The position numbers and the translations under genes are program-made. Below, piece by piece: positions 19,459 through 29,511 of a stretch of 64,000 bases of DNA (positions are counted from its first letter, which is position 1; each line of letters begins with the position of its first letter). The notes beneath the pieces are model-generated. The model was given only the letters and a program-made list of their open reading frames with translations. It did not search any database and was not told where the DNA came from. The stretch lies in NCBI GenBank assembly GCA_017744285.1, contig JAGIBP010000017.1, forward strand, positions 5,634-69,633, written 5' to 3'. The DNA is from Variovorax sp. GTDB lineage: Bacteria > Pseudomonadota > Gammaproteobacteria > Burkholderiales > Burkholderiaceae_C.

Positions 19459-20084
19459 GGACGCGCGACACCATCCGCCTGTTCCTCGTCGACGATCACC
19501 CGCTGGTGCGCGACGGCCTGCGCGCACGCCTGTCCTCGCTGCCGGAGATCGAGATCGTCGGCGAGGCCGATGGCGCCGCCGAAGCGCTGCCGCTGATCGA
19601 ATCGCTGGCGCCCGACCTGGTGCTCGCGGACGTCGGCATGAAGGACATCAATGGCATCGAACTTGCAGCGCGGTTGCAGGAGCGGCAGCCGGCGGTGCGC
19701 GTCGTCATGCTCAGCATGTACGACAACCCCGAATACGTGCAGCAGGCGCTGCAGGCGGGCGCGCGCGGCTATGTGCTCAAGGACGCGCCGGCCAGCGAGA
19801 TCGTGGCGGCCATCGATGCGGTGGCGGCGGGCGGCACCTTCCTGAGCCCGGCGGTGTCGAAGCGGCTCTTCCGCAACCAGGCGCCCCGGCCGCTCCTGAC
19901 GCCGCGCGAGAGCGAGATCCTCTCGGCGCTCGGGCGCGGCGCATCGAGCAAGGAGATCGCGCTCGAACTCGGCCTGAGCGTGCGCACCGTCGAGGCGCAC
20001 CGCCAGAGCATCAAGCGACGGCTGGGCATCGAGGGGCAGGCCGAGCTGATCAAGTACGCGGTGGAGCACGCGCGAAAGCTCTAG
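19455..20084 (+). CDS. NarL/LuxR-family response regulator
   Basis: VDDHPLVR receiver; LTPRE...TVEAHR HTH. Confidence 0.93.
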   Translation: MRTRDTIRLFLVDDHPLVRDGLRARLSSLPEIEIVGEADGAAEALPLIESLAPDLVLADVGMKDINGIELAARLQERQPAVRVVMLSMYDNPEYVQQALQAGARGYVLKDAPASEIVAAIDAVAAGGTFLSPAVSKRLFRNQAPRPLLTPRESEILSALGRGASSKEIALELGLSVRTVEAHRQSIKRRLGIEGQAELIKYAVEHARKL

Positions 20085-20225
20085 TTGCAACAGTTGCACG
20101 GCCCGAGTGGGAAAGACTGGGGTTTTCCCTTAGGTGATGGTGCGCGGTGCGCTTGCGCAGTGCAACCGATGCGCTGAAAGTGGGGCTTCGCGACACTCGC
20201 GGAGCACAGCTTCAGGAGACATCGC

Positions 20226-22295
20226 ATGCACAACCTTCGCCGCCACCTGGGGTGGCTTGTCGTCGCCGTGGTCGGCGCCTTCGCCCTGGGAACGGTGGCG
20301 TTGTCGCGCGGCGAATCCATCAACGCCCTGTGGATCGTGGTGGCGGCGGTCTGCACCTACCTCATCGCGTACCGCTACTACAGCCTGTTCATCGCCACGC
20401 GCGTGCTGGGCCTGGACGGCAGCCGCATGACGCCGGCGCACCGCCACAACGACGGGCTCGACTATGTGCCCACCGACAAGAATGTGCTGTTCGGCCATCA
20501 CTTCGCGGCCATCGCCGGGGCCGGTCCGCTGGTCGGGCCGGTGCTCGCGGCCCAGATGGGCTACCTGCCCGGGCTGCTGTGGATCCTCGCCGGCGTGGTG
20601 TTCGCGGGCGCGGTGCAGGACTTCATCGTGCTCTTCATCTCGACGCGGCGCGACGGGCGCTCGCTCGGCGACCTGATCAAGCAGGAGATGGGCACCGTGC
20701 CGGGCATGATCGCGCTCTTCGGCACCTTCATGATCATGATCATCATCCTCGCGGTGCTGGCGCTGATCGTGGTGAAGGCGCTCGCGGAATCGCCGTGGGG
20801 CACCTTCACCGTCGCGGCGACGATTCCCGTGGCGATCTTCATGGGCGTGTACCTGCGCTACATCCGGCCGGGCCGCATCGGCGAGATCTCCATCCTCGGC
20901 TTCGTGCTGCTGATGCTCGCGATCTTCGGCGGGCAGGCCGTGAGCCAGGACCCCGAATGGGCCGCGATGTTCACCTTCGACGGCAAGGCGCTCACCTGGA
21001 TGCTGATCGCCTACGGCTTCATCGCCGCCAGCCTGCCGGTGTGGCTGCTGCTCGCGCCGCGCGACTACCTGTCGACCTTCCTGAAGATCGGCACCATCAT
21101 CGCGCTGGCGATCGGCATCGTCTTCGTCGCGCCCAACCTGCAGATGCCGGCGTTCACGCAGTTCGCGCAGGGCAACGGCCCGGTGTGGTCGGGCAACCTG
21201 TTCCCGTTCCTCTTCATCACCATCGCCTGCGGCGCGGTGTCGGGCTTCCATGCGCTGATCTCCTCGGGCACCACGCCCAAGATGCTGGACAACGAGCTGC
21301 ACGCGCGCTTCATCGGCTACGGCGGCATGCTGGCCGAATCGTTCGTCGCGGTGATGGCGCTGGTCGCCGCCGCCGTGATCGATCCGGGCGTGTACTTCGC
21401 GATGAACAGCCCGGCCGCGCTGGTGGGCACCACGCCCGACGCAGTCGCGCAGGCCATCTCGGGCTGGGGTTTCTCGGTCACGCCCGACATGCTGCTGCAG
21501 ACCGCCAAGGACGTGGGCGAGACCACCATCCTCGGCCGCGCCGGCGGTGCGCCGACGCTGGCGGTGGGCATGGCCCACATCCTCCACCAGGTCGTGGGCG
21601 GGCAGGCCATGATGGCCTTCTGGTACCACTTCGCGATCCTGTTCGAGGCGCTCTTCATCCTCACGGCGGTGGACGCCGGCACGCGCGCCGGCCGCTTCAT
21701 GCTGCAGGACCTGCTGGGCAGCTTCGTGCCCGCGCTCAAGCGCACCGACCTGGCCGTCGCAAACCTGCTGGCGACCTTCCTGTGCGTCGCGGCCTGGGGC
21801 TACTTCCTCTACCAGGGCGTGGTCGATCCGCTCGGCGGCATCAACACGCTGTGGCCGCTGTTCGGCATCTCCAACCAGATGCTGGCCGCCGTGGCGCTGA
21901 TGCTCGGCGTGGTGGTGCTCTACCGCATGAAGCGCGAGCGCTACGCCTGGGTCGCGATCGCGCCGGCCGCCTGGCTGCTGGTGTGCACGCTGACCGCCGG
22001 CTGGCAGAAGATCTTCTCGCCGGACCCGAAGGTGGGCTTCCTGTCGCACGCGGCCAAGTACGCCGACGGACTCGCGCAGGGCGTGCTGATCGCACCGGCC
22101 AAGACGCCCGAGGCGATGGCGCGCATCGTCTTCAACGACCGCCTCGACGCGGCGCTGTGCGGGCTCTTCATCTTCGTGGTGCTGAGCATCCTCGTGTACA
22201 CCGTCAAGAGCGTGCTGGCGGCCCGCGCGGCCGGCCATCCCACGGCGCGCGAGACGCCCTTCGAGCCGATGCCGACCTCGGCCGCCGCATCATGA
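20226..22295 (+). CDS. cstA: Carbon starvation CstA family transporter
   Basis: GHHFAAIAGAGPLVGP, CGAVSGFHAL, LWPLFGISNQML. Confidence 0.96.
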   Translation: MHNLRRHLGWLVVAVVGAFALGTVALSRGESINALWIVVAAVCTYLIAYRYYSLFIATRVLGLDGSRMTPAHRHNDGLDYVPTDKNVLFGHHFAAIAGAGPLVGPVLAAQMGYLPGLLWILAGVVFAGAVQDFIVLFISTRRDGRSLGDLIKQEMGTVPGMIALFGTFMIMIIILAVLALIVVKALAESPWGTFTVAATIPVAIFMGVYLRYIRPGRIGEISILGFVLLMLAIFGGQAVSQDPEWAAMFTFDGKALTWMLIAYGFIAASLPVWLLLAPRDYLSTFLKIGTIIALAIGIVFVAPNLQMPAFTQFAQGNGPVWSGNLFPFLFITIACGAVSGFHALISSGTTPKMLDNELHARFIGYGGMLAESFVAVMALVAAAVIDPGVYFAMNSPAALVGTTPDAVAQAISGWGFSVTPDMLLQTAKDVGETTILGRAGGAPTLAVGMAHILHQVVGGQAMMAFWYHFAILFEALFILTAVDAGTRAGRFMLQDLLGSFVPALKRTDLAVANLLATFLCVAAWGYFLYQGVVDPLGGINTLWPLFGISNQMLAAVALMLGVVVLYRMKRERYAWVAIAPAAWLLVCTLTAGWQKIFSPDPKVGFLSHAAKYADGLAQGVLIAPAKTPEAMARIVFNDRLDAALCGLFIFVVLSILVYTVKSVLAARAAGHPTARETPFEPMPTSAAAS

Positions 22296-22510
22296 CGAGA
22301 ACCGCGGGCGCCAGCCTCTCCGAATCGGGCCGCTACCTGGCGCGCTCGGTGGTGCAGTCGCTGCGCCTGATGGTCGGGCTGCCCGACTACGACGCCTACC
22401 TGAGTCACATGGCGCGCACCCATCCCGAGCGCGCGCCGATGAGCTACGAGGACTTCTTCAAGGAGCGGCTCGAAGCGCGCTACGGGAGCGGAAAAGGGCG
22501 CTGCTGCTGA
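22292..22510 (+). CDS. YbdD/YjiX family protein
   Basis: MVGLPDYDAYLSHM...RCC; coupled to cstA. Confidence 0.9.
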   Translation: MTRTAGASLSESGRYLARSVVQSLRLMVGLPDYDAYLSHMARTHPERAPMSYEDFFKERLEARYGSGKGRCC

Positions 22511-22535
22511 AGCGCGGCCGTGCCGGGCCGGCCGC

Positions 22536-23051
22536 TCAGGCCGCGGCGCACTTGCGGACCGTGTCCCAGCTGCGGGTGGTGACCTCGGTCCCGTAGGTCT
22601 TCTCGATCAGCGCCATGAAAACCGGGCCGTGCGGCCCCGGCACGTAGGCGCTCAGGATCTCCCGGCCACGCGCCGCGAGGATCCAGGCGTCGCGGCTTTC
22701 GATCGGCAGCGCGAGCCTGCCGCCGTGCGGCGCGCGCAGGAAGGTGACGACCCGCTTGGCCTTCGGCGGCAGATCGAAGTCCGCATACGGATCGGCCTCG
22801 AGCAGCTCGCGCAGCGCCTCGAGCGGACGCACGATGGTGCGGAAGCTGCGGCCGAGCTGCGCCGCCATCGCGGCCTCGGCCTTGCGCTCCAGGGTGGCTT
22901 CCGCCGACTTGCGGGCGTCGAAGACCACGTTGCCGCTCGACAGCAGCGTCTTCACTTCGGCGAAGCCCACGTTCTCGAAGCACTGCTTCAGTGCCGGCAT
23001 CTTCGCGTTCATCGGGCTCACGCCGCGAAGGAAGGCGACGTAGCGGGTCAA
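22536..23051 (-). CDS. DUF1697 family protein
   Basis: RYVAFLRGVS, LSSGNVVF, TTRSWDTV; TTG start inferred. Confidence 0.85.
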   Translation of the reverse strand: MTRYVAFLRGVSPMNAKMPALKQCFENVGFAEVKTLLSSGNVVFDARKSAEATLERKAEAAMAAQLGRSFRTIVRPLEALRELLEADPYADFDLPPKAKRVVTFLRAPHGGRLALPIESRDAWILAARGREILSAYVPGPHGPVFMALIEKTYGTEVTTRSWDTVRKCAAA

Positions 23052-23094
23052 GCAAGCACCATGGGACGTGGTGGCGCGCAGCGCATTGGAAGAC

Positions 23095-24018
23095 TCAGAT
23101 GTCTTCGAGCAAGGGGTAGGGCAGCGGCTCGACCGTGAGCGAAGGGCCATCGGCGTTGCGCGCATGCAGCCCGCCGGCCTCGATCGCCGCGATCTGGATC
23201 GAGATCAGCCCCGCCCAGCCGCCGCCCGGGGCGGGCGCGGCTTGGGCCACGAGGCCGACCGGCTGCCCGGGATCGCCGGCAGCGAAGACTTCCTGGCCGG
23301 CAGCGATCTCGTCGCTCGCCTGCACGAGGTAGGTGCGCCGCTTGAGCGTGCCGCGGAACTGGCTGCGGGCCACGACTTCCTGGCCCGGATAGCAGCCCTT
23401 CTTGAAGTTCACGCCGCCCACGGATTCGTAGTTGATCATCTGCGGCACGAAAGCCTCGACCACCGGGGCGCTCAGCGTCACGATGCCGCTGCGCACCTCG
23501 CTCCATTGCCAGAGCGCCGCGTCGAGCGCGGGGCCTTGCGGGGCGGCGCTGTCCGCCGGCGCGATCCACAGCGCGCGAGGAACACCGTCGGACGGGTAGA
23601 GCGCCACCGCGTGCGCGGCGCCAACGGCCGTGGAGCGCCCGGGAGGCGCGGCCGGATCGACGTCATTGCCGGCGAGCGCGGTGCCAGCCAGGCCGTACAG
23701 CGCGTACTGGTCGCTCGCGTCGGCGAGCTTGACCTTGGCGCGCAGGACGTACATCGAGAGCCGCTTGAGCGTCGCGGCGAGGATGTCGCGGCTCAGCACC
23801 AGGAGGATGAGCTCGGGCTGCGGCCGGATGCCGAGGAAGCTCGCGATGGCGCGCCCCTTGGCCGTGCACAGCGCGGCCAGGCGCGCCTCGGAGGCGTCCA
23901 GCAGCGCGAAGTCCTGGGTCAGTTGGCCATGCAGGAAGCTGGCCGCATCGGGGCCCTCGGCGCGGATGACACCAAGGTGGGAAAGGGCGGTGACGCCATT
24001 CAGAACGACGGAGGTCAT
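23095..24018 (-). CDS. ygfZ: Folate-binding Fe-S repair protein YgfZ
   Basis: KKGCYPGQE signature. Confidence 0.95.
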   Translation of the reverse strand: MTSVVLNGVTALSHLGVIRAEGPDAASFLHGQLTQDFALLDASEARLAALCTAKGRAIASFLGIRPQPELILLVLSRDILAATLKRLSMYVLRAKVKLADASDQYALYGLAGTALAGNDVDPAAPPGRSTAVGAAHAVALYPSDGVPRALWIAPADSAAPQGPALDAALWQWSEVRSGIVTLSAPVVEAFVPQMINYESVGGVNFKKGCYPGQEVVARSQFRGTLKRRTYLVQASDEIAAGQEVFAAGDPGQPVGLVAQAAPAPGGGWAGLISIQIAAIEAGGLHARNADGPSLTVEPLPYPLLEDI

Positions 24019-24103
24019 CGCTGAATTATCATGGCCGGGCCCCTCCCGTTCGGTCCGCAGGGGTTCCGACTTTTCTCACTCACTGCTCCCATCGCCGGAT
24101 TCC

Positions 24104-25126
24104 GTGCGCCGCTTCTTTCTCAAGACCTTTCTGCTTGTCGCCTTCGTCGTCCTCGGCGCGGGAGCCGCGGCCCTGTGGTGGGTGCATCAGCCGCTGCGGC
24201 TGCCGGCCCCGAGCGTCGACCTGTCCATCGAGCCGGGGACCACGCCGCGCGGCATCGCCCAGGCGGTCGCCGATGCCGGCGTGGACGTGCCGCCGCAGCT
24301 GCTGTATTGGTGGTTCCGCTTCTCCGGACAAGACCGGCAGATGCGCGCCGGCAGCTACGAGCTGGAACGCGGCATCACGCCGCGCACGCTGCTGTCCGTG
24401 CTGGTGCGCGGCGAGGAGGCCACGCGCAGCCTGGTGCTCGTCGAGGGCTGGACCTTCCGGCAGGTGCGCGCCGCGCTTGCCAGGGGCGATCAGCTCAAGC
24501 CCGAAACCGCCTCATTGAGCGACGAGGAAGTGATGAGCCGCCTCGGCAGGCCGGGCGTCCCTCCGGAGGGACGCTTCTTCCCGGACACCTACACCTATTC
24601 GAAGGGGTCGACCGATCTGGCCCTGCTGCAGCGCGCAATGCGGGCCATGGACAAGAAGCTGGACGCTGCCTGGTCCGCCCGCGCGCCCGGCATCGCGCTC
24701 AAGACGCCCGACGAGGCGCTGATCCTCGCCAGCATCGTCGAAAAGGAAACGGGCAAGGCCCAGGACCGCGCCGAGATCGCCGCCGTCTTCCACAACCGCC
24801 TGCGCCTGGGCATGCCGCTGCAGACCGATCCGACGGTGATCTACGGCATGGGCCTGCGCTTCGACGGCAATCTGCGCAAGAAGGATCTCCAGACCGACAC
24901 GCCCTGGAACACCTACACGCGAAACGGCTTGCCCCCCACGCCGATCGCCATGCCGGGCAAGGCGGCGCTGCTCGCCGCGGTGCAGCCGGCGCAGAGCAAG
25001 TCGCTGTATTTCGTCTCGCGCGGCGATGGCACGAGTCATTTCAGCAGTTCGCTCGACGAACACAACCGGGCGGTGAACCGCTACCAGCGCGGCGCCGCCG
25101 ATCCGAACCAGCGGAGCGGCCAATGA
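24104..25126 (+). CDS. mltG: Endolytic transglycosylase MltG
   Basis: [30 protein letters not shown]; GTG start. Confidence 0.95.
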   Translation: MRRFFLKTFLLVAFVVLGAGAAALWWVHQPLRLPAPSVDLSIEPGTTPRGIAQAVADAGVDVPPQLLYWWFRFSGQDRQMRAGSYELERGITPRTLLSVLVRGEEATRSLVLVEGWTFRQVRAALARGDQLKPETASLSDEEVMSRLGRPGVPPEGRFFPDTYTYSKGSTDLALLQRAMRAMDKKLDAAWSARAPGIALKTPDEALILASIVEKETGKAQDRAEIAAVFHNRLRLGMPLQTDPTVIYGMGLRFDGNLRKKDLQTDTPWNTYTRNGLPPTPIAMPGKAALLAAVQPAQSKSLYFVSRGDGTSHFSSSLDEHNRAVNRYQRGAADPNQRSGQ

Positions 25127-25776
25127 AGGGGCTTTTCCTCACGCTCGAAGGCATCGACGGTGCCGGCAAGTCGAGCCACATCGATGCGCTCGAGGCGCTG
25201 TTCCGGGCCCGGGGCCGGCAGGTCACGCGCTCGCGCGAACCCGGCGGCACGCCGCTGGCCGAGACGCTGCGCGGGCTGATCCTCGAGCAGCCGATGGACG
25301 CCTTGACCGAATCGCTGCTCGTGTTCGCGGCGCGGCGCGACCATGTCGTTCGCGTCATCGAGCCGGCGCTGGCGCGCGGGGACGTGGTGCTCTGCGACCG
25401 CTTCACCGATGCGACCTTTGCCTACCAGGGAGGAGGGCGCGGCTTCGACGCCGCGGTGCTCTCGACCCTCGAACGATGGGTGCAGTCGAAGACCGGTGCC
25501 GAGGCGCTGCTGCAGCCCGACATCACGATCTGGTTCGACCTCGCGCCCGAGATCGCCGCCGAGCGCCTGGCCGGCGCGCGCGTGCCGGACAAGTTCGAAT
25601 CGCAGCCGGTCGAGTTCTTCCGGCGGGTCGCCGCCGGCTACGCGGCACGTGCGGCCGGCGAGCCGCGCTTCGTCCGCATCGATGCCGCCCGGCCGCGCGA
25701 GGCGGTGTGGCAGCAGATCGAGGCGGCGTTGGCCGGTCGCGGCCTCCTGGCCTCGGCCGCGGGGAGTGCGCCATGA
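25123..25776 (+). CDS. tmk: dTMP kinase
   Basis: [28 protein letters not shown]. Confidence 0.96.
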   Translation: MKGLFLTLEGIDGAGKSSHIDALEALFRARGRQVTRSREPGGTPLAETLRGLILEQPMDALTESLLVFAARRDHVVRVIEPALARGDVVLCDRFTDATFAYQGGGRGFDAAVLSTLERWVQSKTGAEALLQPDITIWFDLAPEIAAERLAGARVPDKFESQPVEFFRRVAAGYAARAAGEPRFVRIDAARPREAVWQQIEAALAGRGLLASAAGSAP

Positions 25777-26789
25777 ACGCCGACGCCCTGTCGCCCTGGC
25801 TGCGCCAGCCCCTGGCCGACCTGCTGCGCCAGCGCGGCCATGCCTGGCTGCTGCAGGGGCCTTCGGGACTCGGCCAGTACGAACTCGGCCTCGCCCTGGC
25901 CGCCGCCTGGCTGTGCGAGCAGCCGGCCGAAGCCAAGGGGCAGGGCGCCTGCGGCCATTGCCCCAGCTGCCACGCCATCCAGGTCCGCACCCATGCCGAC
26001 CTGTGCGTGCTGATGCCCGAAGTCGCCATGCAGGAACTCGGCTGGCCACTCGACGAGAAGGCGCAGGCCGACATCGACGACAAGAAGCGCAAGCCCAGCC
26101 GCGAGATCCGCGTCGAGGCGATGCGCGATGCGGTCGGTTTCGCGCAGCGCACGAGCGCGCGCGGCTTCGGCAAGGTCGTGCTGGTCTATCCGGCCGAGCG
26201 CATGAACACGGTCACGGCGAACGCGCTGCTCAAGACGCTGGAGGAACCGGTCGGCGACGTGCGCTTCGTGCTGGCGAGTGAAGCGGCCTGGCAACTGCTG
26301 CCCACCATCCGCAGCCGCTGCCTGGGCTTCACGCTGCCCTGGCCGCAAGGCGACGAGGCGCGCGACTGGCTGGTCGGGCAGGGTGTGGCAGCGGCCGACG
26401 CCCCCGTCTTGCTGCGCGCCGCGGGCGGCCGTCCCAGCGACGCGCTGCGCCTGGCGGCCCAGGGCCCGTCGCCCAAGGCCTGGGCCCTCCTGCCCAAGGC
26501 GATGGCGCGCGGCGACGTCAGCGCGCTGGCCGACCAGGCGCCCGCCCAGGCCATCGCCGCGCTGCAAAAGCTCTGCCATGACCTCATGGCGACCGACAGC
26601 GGCGCCGCGCCGCGCTTCTTCGAGCTCGCGGACCTTCCGCCCACGCCCGCGCGCGGCGCGCTCGCGCGCTGGTCGAAGTCGCTCGCGACGGCGGCCCGCA
26701 CCGCGGAACACCCGTTCAATGCCGGCCTCATGCTCGAAGCGCTTGTGAGCGAAGCGCGAACCACCCTAAACTCGGCCAGACGCCCATGA
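25773..26789 (+). CDS. holB: DNA polymerase III delta' subunit
   Basis: [26 protein letters not shown]; follows tmk. Confidence 0.94.
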   Translation: MNADALSPWLRQPLADLLRQRGHAWLLQGPSGLGQYELGLALAAAWLCEQPAEAKGQGACGHCPSCHAIQVRTHADLCVLMPEVAMQELGWPLDEKAQADIDDKKRKPSREIRVEAMRDAVGFAQRTSARGFGKVVLVYPAERMNTVTANALLKTLEEPVGDVRFVLASEAAWQLLPTIRSRCLGFTLPWPQGDEARDWLVGQGVAAADAPVLLRAAGGRPSDALRLAAQGPSPKAWALLPKAMARGDVSALADQAPAQAIAALQKLCHDLMATDSGAAPRFFELADLPPTPARGALARWSKSLATAARTAEHPFNAGLMLEALVSEARTTLNSARRP

Positions 26790-27160
26790 ACACACCTGCC
26801 GCCTCCACCCCCTCCGCGCCTGTCCGGCCCAGCGTCATCCAGCTGGCCATCAAGGAGAAGGGGGCGCTTTACGCGGCGTACATCCCGCTGTTCGCCGAAG
26901 GCGGCATCTTCATCCCGACTTCGCGCGAATACCGGCTCGGCGACGACGTCTATGTGCTCCTGACCCTGCCCGACGATCCGCAGCGCTATCCCGTGGCCGG
27001 CAAGGTGGCCTGGATCACGCCTTCGCGGGCGGCCGGCAACAGGGCACCGGGCGTCGGCGTGCGGTTCCCGTCCGACGAGAAGTCGCGCCAGCTCAAGGCG
27101 CGCATCGAGGAAGCGCTCGGCGGAACCATGGCCTCCGACCGCCCGACCCAGACCATCTGA
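26786..27160 (+). CDS. pilZ: PilZ (type IV pilus) protein
   Basis: LYAAYIP...GGIFIPT, WITP; holB-pilZ-tatD synteny. Confidence 0.92.
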   Translation: MNTPAASTPSAPVRPSVIQLAIKEKGALYAAYIPLFAEGGIFIPTSREYRLGDDVYVLLTLPDDPQRYPVAGKVAWITPSRAAGNRAPGVGVRFPSDEKSRQLKARIEEALGGTMASDRPTQTI

Positions 27161-27229
27161 TCCGACGCCCGCTCCAACGGGACGCGGACCCCTGGCGGCG
27201 CCTTCTCGCCGCGCATTTTCGATTCCGCG

Positions 27230-28039
27230 ATGTTTACCGACTCCCACTGCCACCTGACCTTTCCCGAATTCGCGGACCAGATGCCGCAAATCCGCGCCGC
27301 CATGGCTGCCGCGCAGGTCGACCGGGCCCTTTGCATCTGCACCACGCTGGAGGAATTCGACGGCGTTCAGGCGCTCGCGGCTGGTTACGACAACTTTTGG
27401 GCCTCTGTGGGCGTGCATCCGGACACAGAAGACCTGGCGGAACCGACCGTCGACGACCTCGTGCGACGCGCGGCCCTGCCCAAGGTGGTGGCGATCGGCG
27501 AGACCGGGCTGGACTACTACCAGATGGAGGAGCGTAAGGGCGGGCGCCGCATCGCCGACCTCGAATGGCAGCGCGACCGGTTCCGGGTGCACATCCGCGC
27601 CGCGCAACAGACGCGCAAGCCGCTCGTGATCCACACCCGCGAAGCCTCGGCCGACACGCTGGCCATCCTCAAGGAGGAGGGCGAAGACGGCGGCCCCCGT
27701 GCGGCGGGCGGCGTCTTCCACTGCTTCACCGAGACGGCCGAAGTGGCCCGGGCGGCGCTCGATCTGGGCTTCTACATCTCTTTCTCGGGCATCCTGACCT
27801 TCAAGAAGGCGCAGGACCTGCGCGACGTGGCCGCCTTCGTTCCGCTCGACCGGATGCTGATCGAAACCGACAGCCCCTACCTTGCGCCGGTGCCGTTCCG
27901 GGGCAAGACCAACAACCCGTCGTACGTGCCCTACGTGGCGCAGCAGATTGCCCAGATTCGCAACCTGCCGGTCGAGACCATCGGACAGGCCACGAGCAAC
28001 AACTTCGAGCGGCTCTTCGCAGCTGTGAAATCATCATGA
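27230..28039 (+). CDS. tatD: TatD family nuclease
   Basis: DSHCH, GVHP, GETGLD, HCF, ETDSPYLAP. Confidence 0.95.
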   Translation: MFTDSHCHLTFPEFADQMPQIRAAMAAAQVDRALCICTTLEEFDGVQALAAGYDNFWASVGVHPDTEDLAEPTVDDLVRRAALPKVVAIGETGLDYYQMEERKGGRRIADLEWQRDRFRVHIRAAQQTRKPLVIHTREASADTLAILKEEGEDGGPRAAGGVFHCFTETAEVARAALDLGFYISFSGILTFKKAQDLRDVAAFVPLDRMLIETDSPYLAPVPFRGKTNNPSYVPYVAQQIAQIRNLPVETIGQATSNNFERLFAAVKSS

Positions 28040-28704
28040 GAAATCACCTCAAGAACCTGGCCTATCTTCTTGTCCTGACTGCATCTTTTGCGGTGCATGC
28101 GGGCTCATTCGAAGACTTCTTCCGAGCTGTGCGCCAGGACAATGCGAGCGGCGTCAAGAACCTCCTCAACCGGGGTTTCGACGCCAACACGCGCGACCCC
28201 GAGGGGCAGACCGGCTTGCTGATCGCGCTGCGGGAGCCTTCGCCGAAGGTCGTGCAGGTGCTGCTCGACTGGCCCAAGACCGACGTGGAGGCGCGGAATT
28301 CGAAAGATGAAAGCCCGCTGATGCTCGCCGCGATCAAGGGCCAGCAGGACATCGTCACGAAACTGATCGACCGCGATGCCGACATCAACAAGCCGGGCTG
28401 GACGCCGCTGCACTACGCGGCGACCAACGGCCATCTGGCGATCATGAAGCAGTTGCTGGACAAGGACGCCTTCATCGATGCCCAGTCGCCCAACGGCACG
28501 ACGCCGCTGATGATGGCCGCGATGTATGGATCGGCCGCTGCCGTGAAGCTGCTGCTCGACGAAGGCGCCGACCCGCTGATGAAGAACCAGTTGGGGATGA
28601 CGGCCGTCGATTTCGCGCAGAAGGCCAATCGGACCGATGCGGCGCAGATGATCGGCGCCGCGATCCAGGCAAAGAACCGGCGGCCTGCGGACGGCAAGTG
28701 GTGA
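28036..28704 (+). CDS. Exported ankyrin repeat protein
   Basis: Signal-peptide-like N-terminus; repeated SPLMLAA, TPLHYAA, TPLMMAA. Confidence 0.9.
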   Translation: MRNHLKNLAYLLVLTASFAVHAGSFEDFFRAVRQDNASGVKNLLNRGFDANTRDPEGQTGLLIALREPSPKVVQVLLDWPKTDVEARNSKDESPLMLAAIKGQQDIVTKLIDRDADINKPGWTPLHYAATNGHLAIMKQLLDKDAFIDAQSPNGTTPLMMAAMYGSAAAVKLLLDEGADPLMKNQLGMTAVDFAQKANRTDAAQMIGAAIQAKNRRPADGKW

Positions 28705-28813
28705 GCGTGCGCAGGGGGTCGCGGCGGGCCCGGTCTCTTCCTTGGGCTTTCGCTGAAAGGAAGACAATGTGCATTATGTAAAATCAATGATCTGGTGCGA
28801 TTCCTAGAGCCTC

Positions 28814-29491
28814 ATGTCCAGTCTTCGCCCCCTTTCCCTCCTGGAAACCCGTGTCCTCGGCGTCCTGGCCGAGAAGCAACGCACGGTGCCCGACAGCTAC
28901 CCGCTGACGCTCAATTCGATCGTGGCGGGCTGCAATCAGAAGACCAGCCGGCAGCCGATCCTCGAAGCCACCGACGCCGAGGTCCAGGCCGCGGTCGACA
29001 GCCTCAAGGCGCTCAGCCTGGTCACCGAAACAAGTGGCGGCCGCGCCTTCCGCTATGCGCACAACATCGACGGCGTGCTGCGCATCCCGTCGCAGTCGAT
29101 CGCGTTGCTCACCGTGCTGATGCTGCGCGGACCGCAGACCCCGGGCGAACTGCGCATCGCCTGCGACCGCATGCACAACTTCGCGGACATCTCGTCCGTC
29201 GAAGCCTTTCTCGACGAACTGGCCGCCCGGCCGGCGGGCAGCCTCGTGGTGAAGCTGCCGCGGCTGCCCGGCGCGCGCGAAAGCCGGTGGACGCACCTGC
29301 TGAGCGGAACGCCGGCCGAGGAAGCGCCCTCGCCCCCCGGCCATGCCGCGTTGACGGCAGGCGCCGAGGTGTCGCTCGGTGAGGTGGCCGCCTTGAAGGC
29401 CCACGTGGCACAGCTCGAAGCCGAACTCGCGCGCATGAAGACGCTCGTCGCGCGGATCTGCTCGGAACTCGGGATGAGCGAAGCGTCGTAG
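28814..29491 (+). CDS. YceH/DUF480 family protein
   Basis: EKQRTVPDSYPLTLN, LRGPQTPGELR. Confidence 0.92.
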   Translation: MSSLRPLSLLETRVLGVLAEKQRTVPDSYPLTLNSIVAGCNQKTSRQPILEATDAEVQAAVDSLKALSLVTETSGGRAFRYAHNIDGVLRIPSQSIALLTVLMLRGPQTPGELRIACDRMHNFADISSVEAFLDELAARPAGSLVVKLPRLPGARESRWTHLLSGTPAEEAPSPPGHAALTAGAEVSLGEVAALKAHVAQLEAELARMKTLVARICSELGMSEAS

Positions 29492-29511
29492 ACGCCCGCC
29501 GCATGGCGCGG

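Noticed and set aside
22499-22540. Possible selenocysteine read-through of the yjiX TGA, which has a downstream GC hairpin
   Set aside because: The protein already ends in the family's Cys-Cys form, and the hairpin is better explained as lying between convergent genes.
28710-28810. TPP-riboswitch-like words (AGGGG, GCTGA, TGATCTGG)
   Set aside because: The core CTGAGA and the following conserved pairing are absent, and the downstream gene is unrelated to thiamine.
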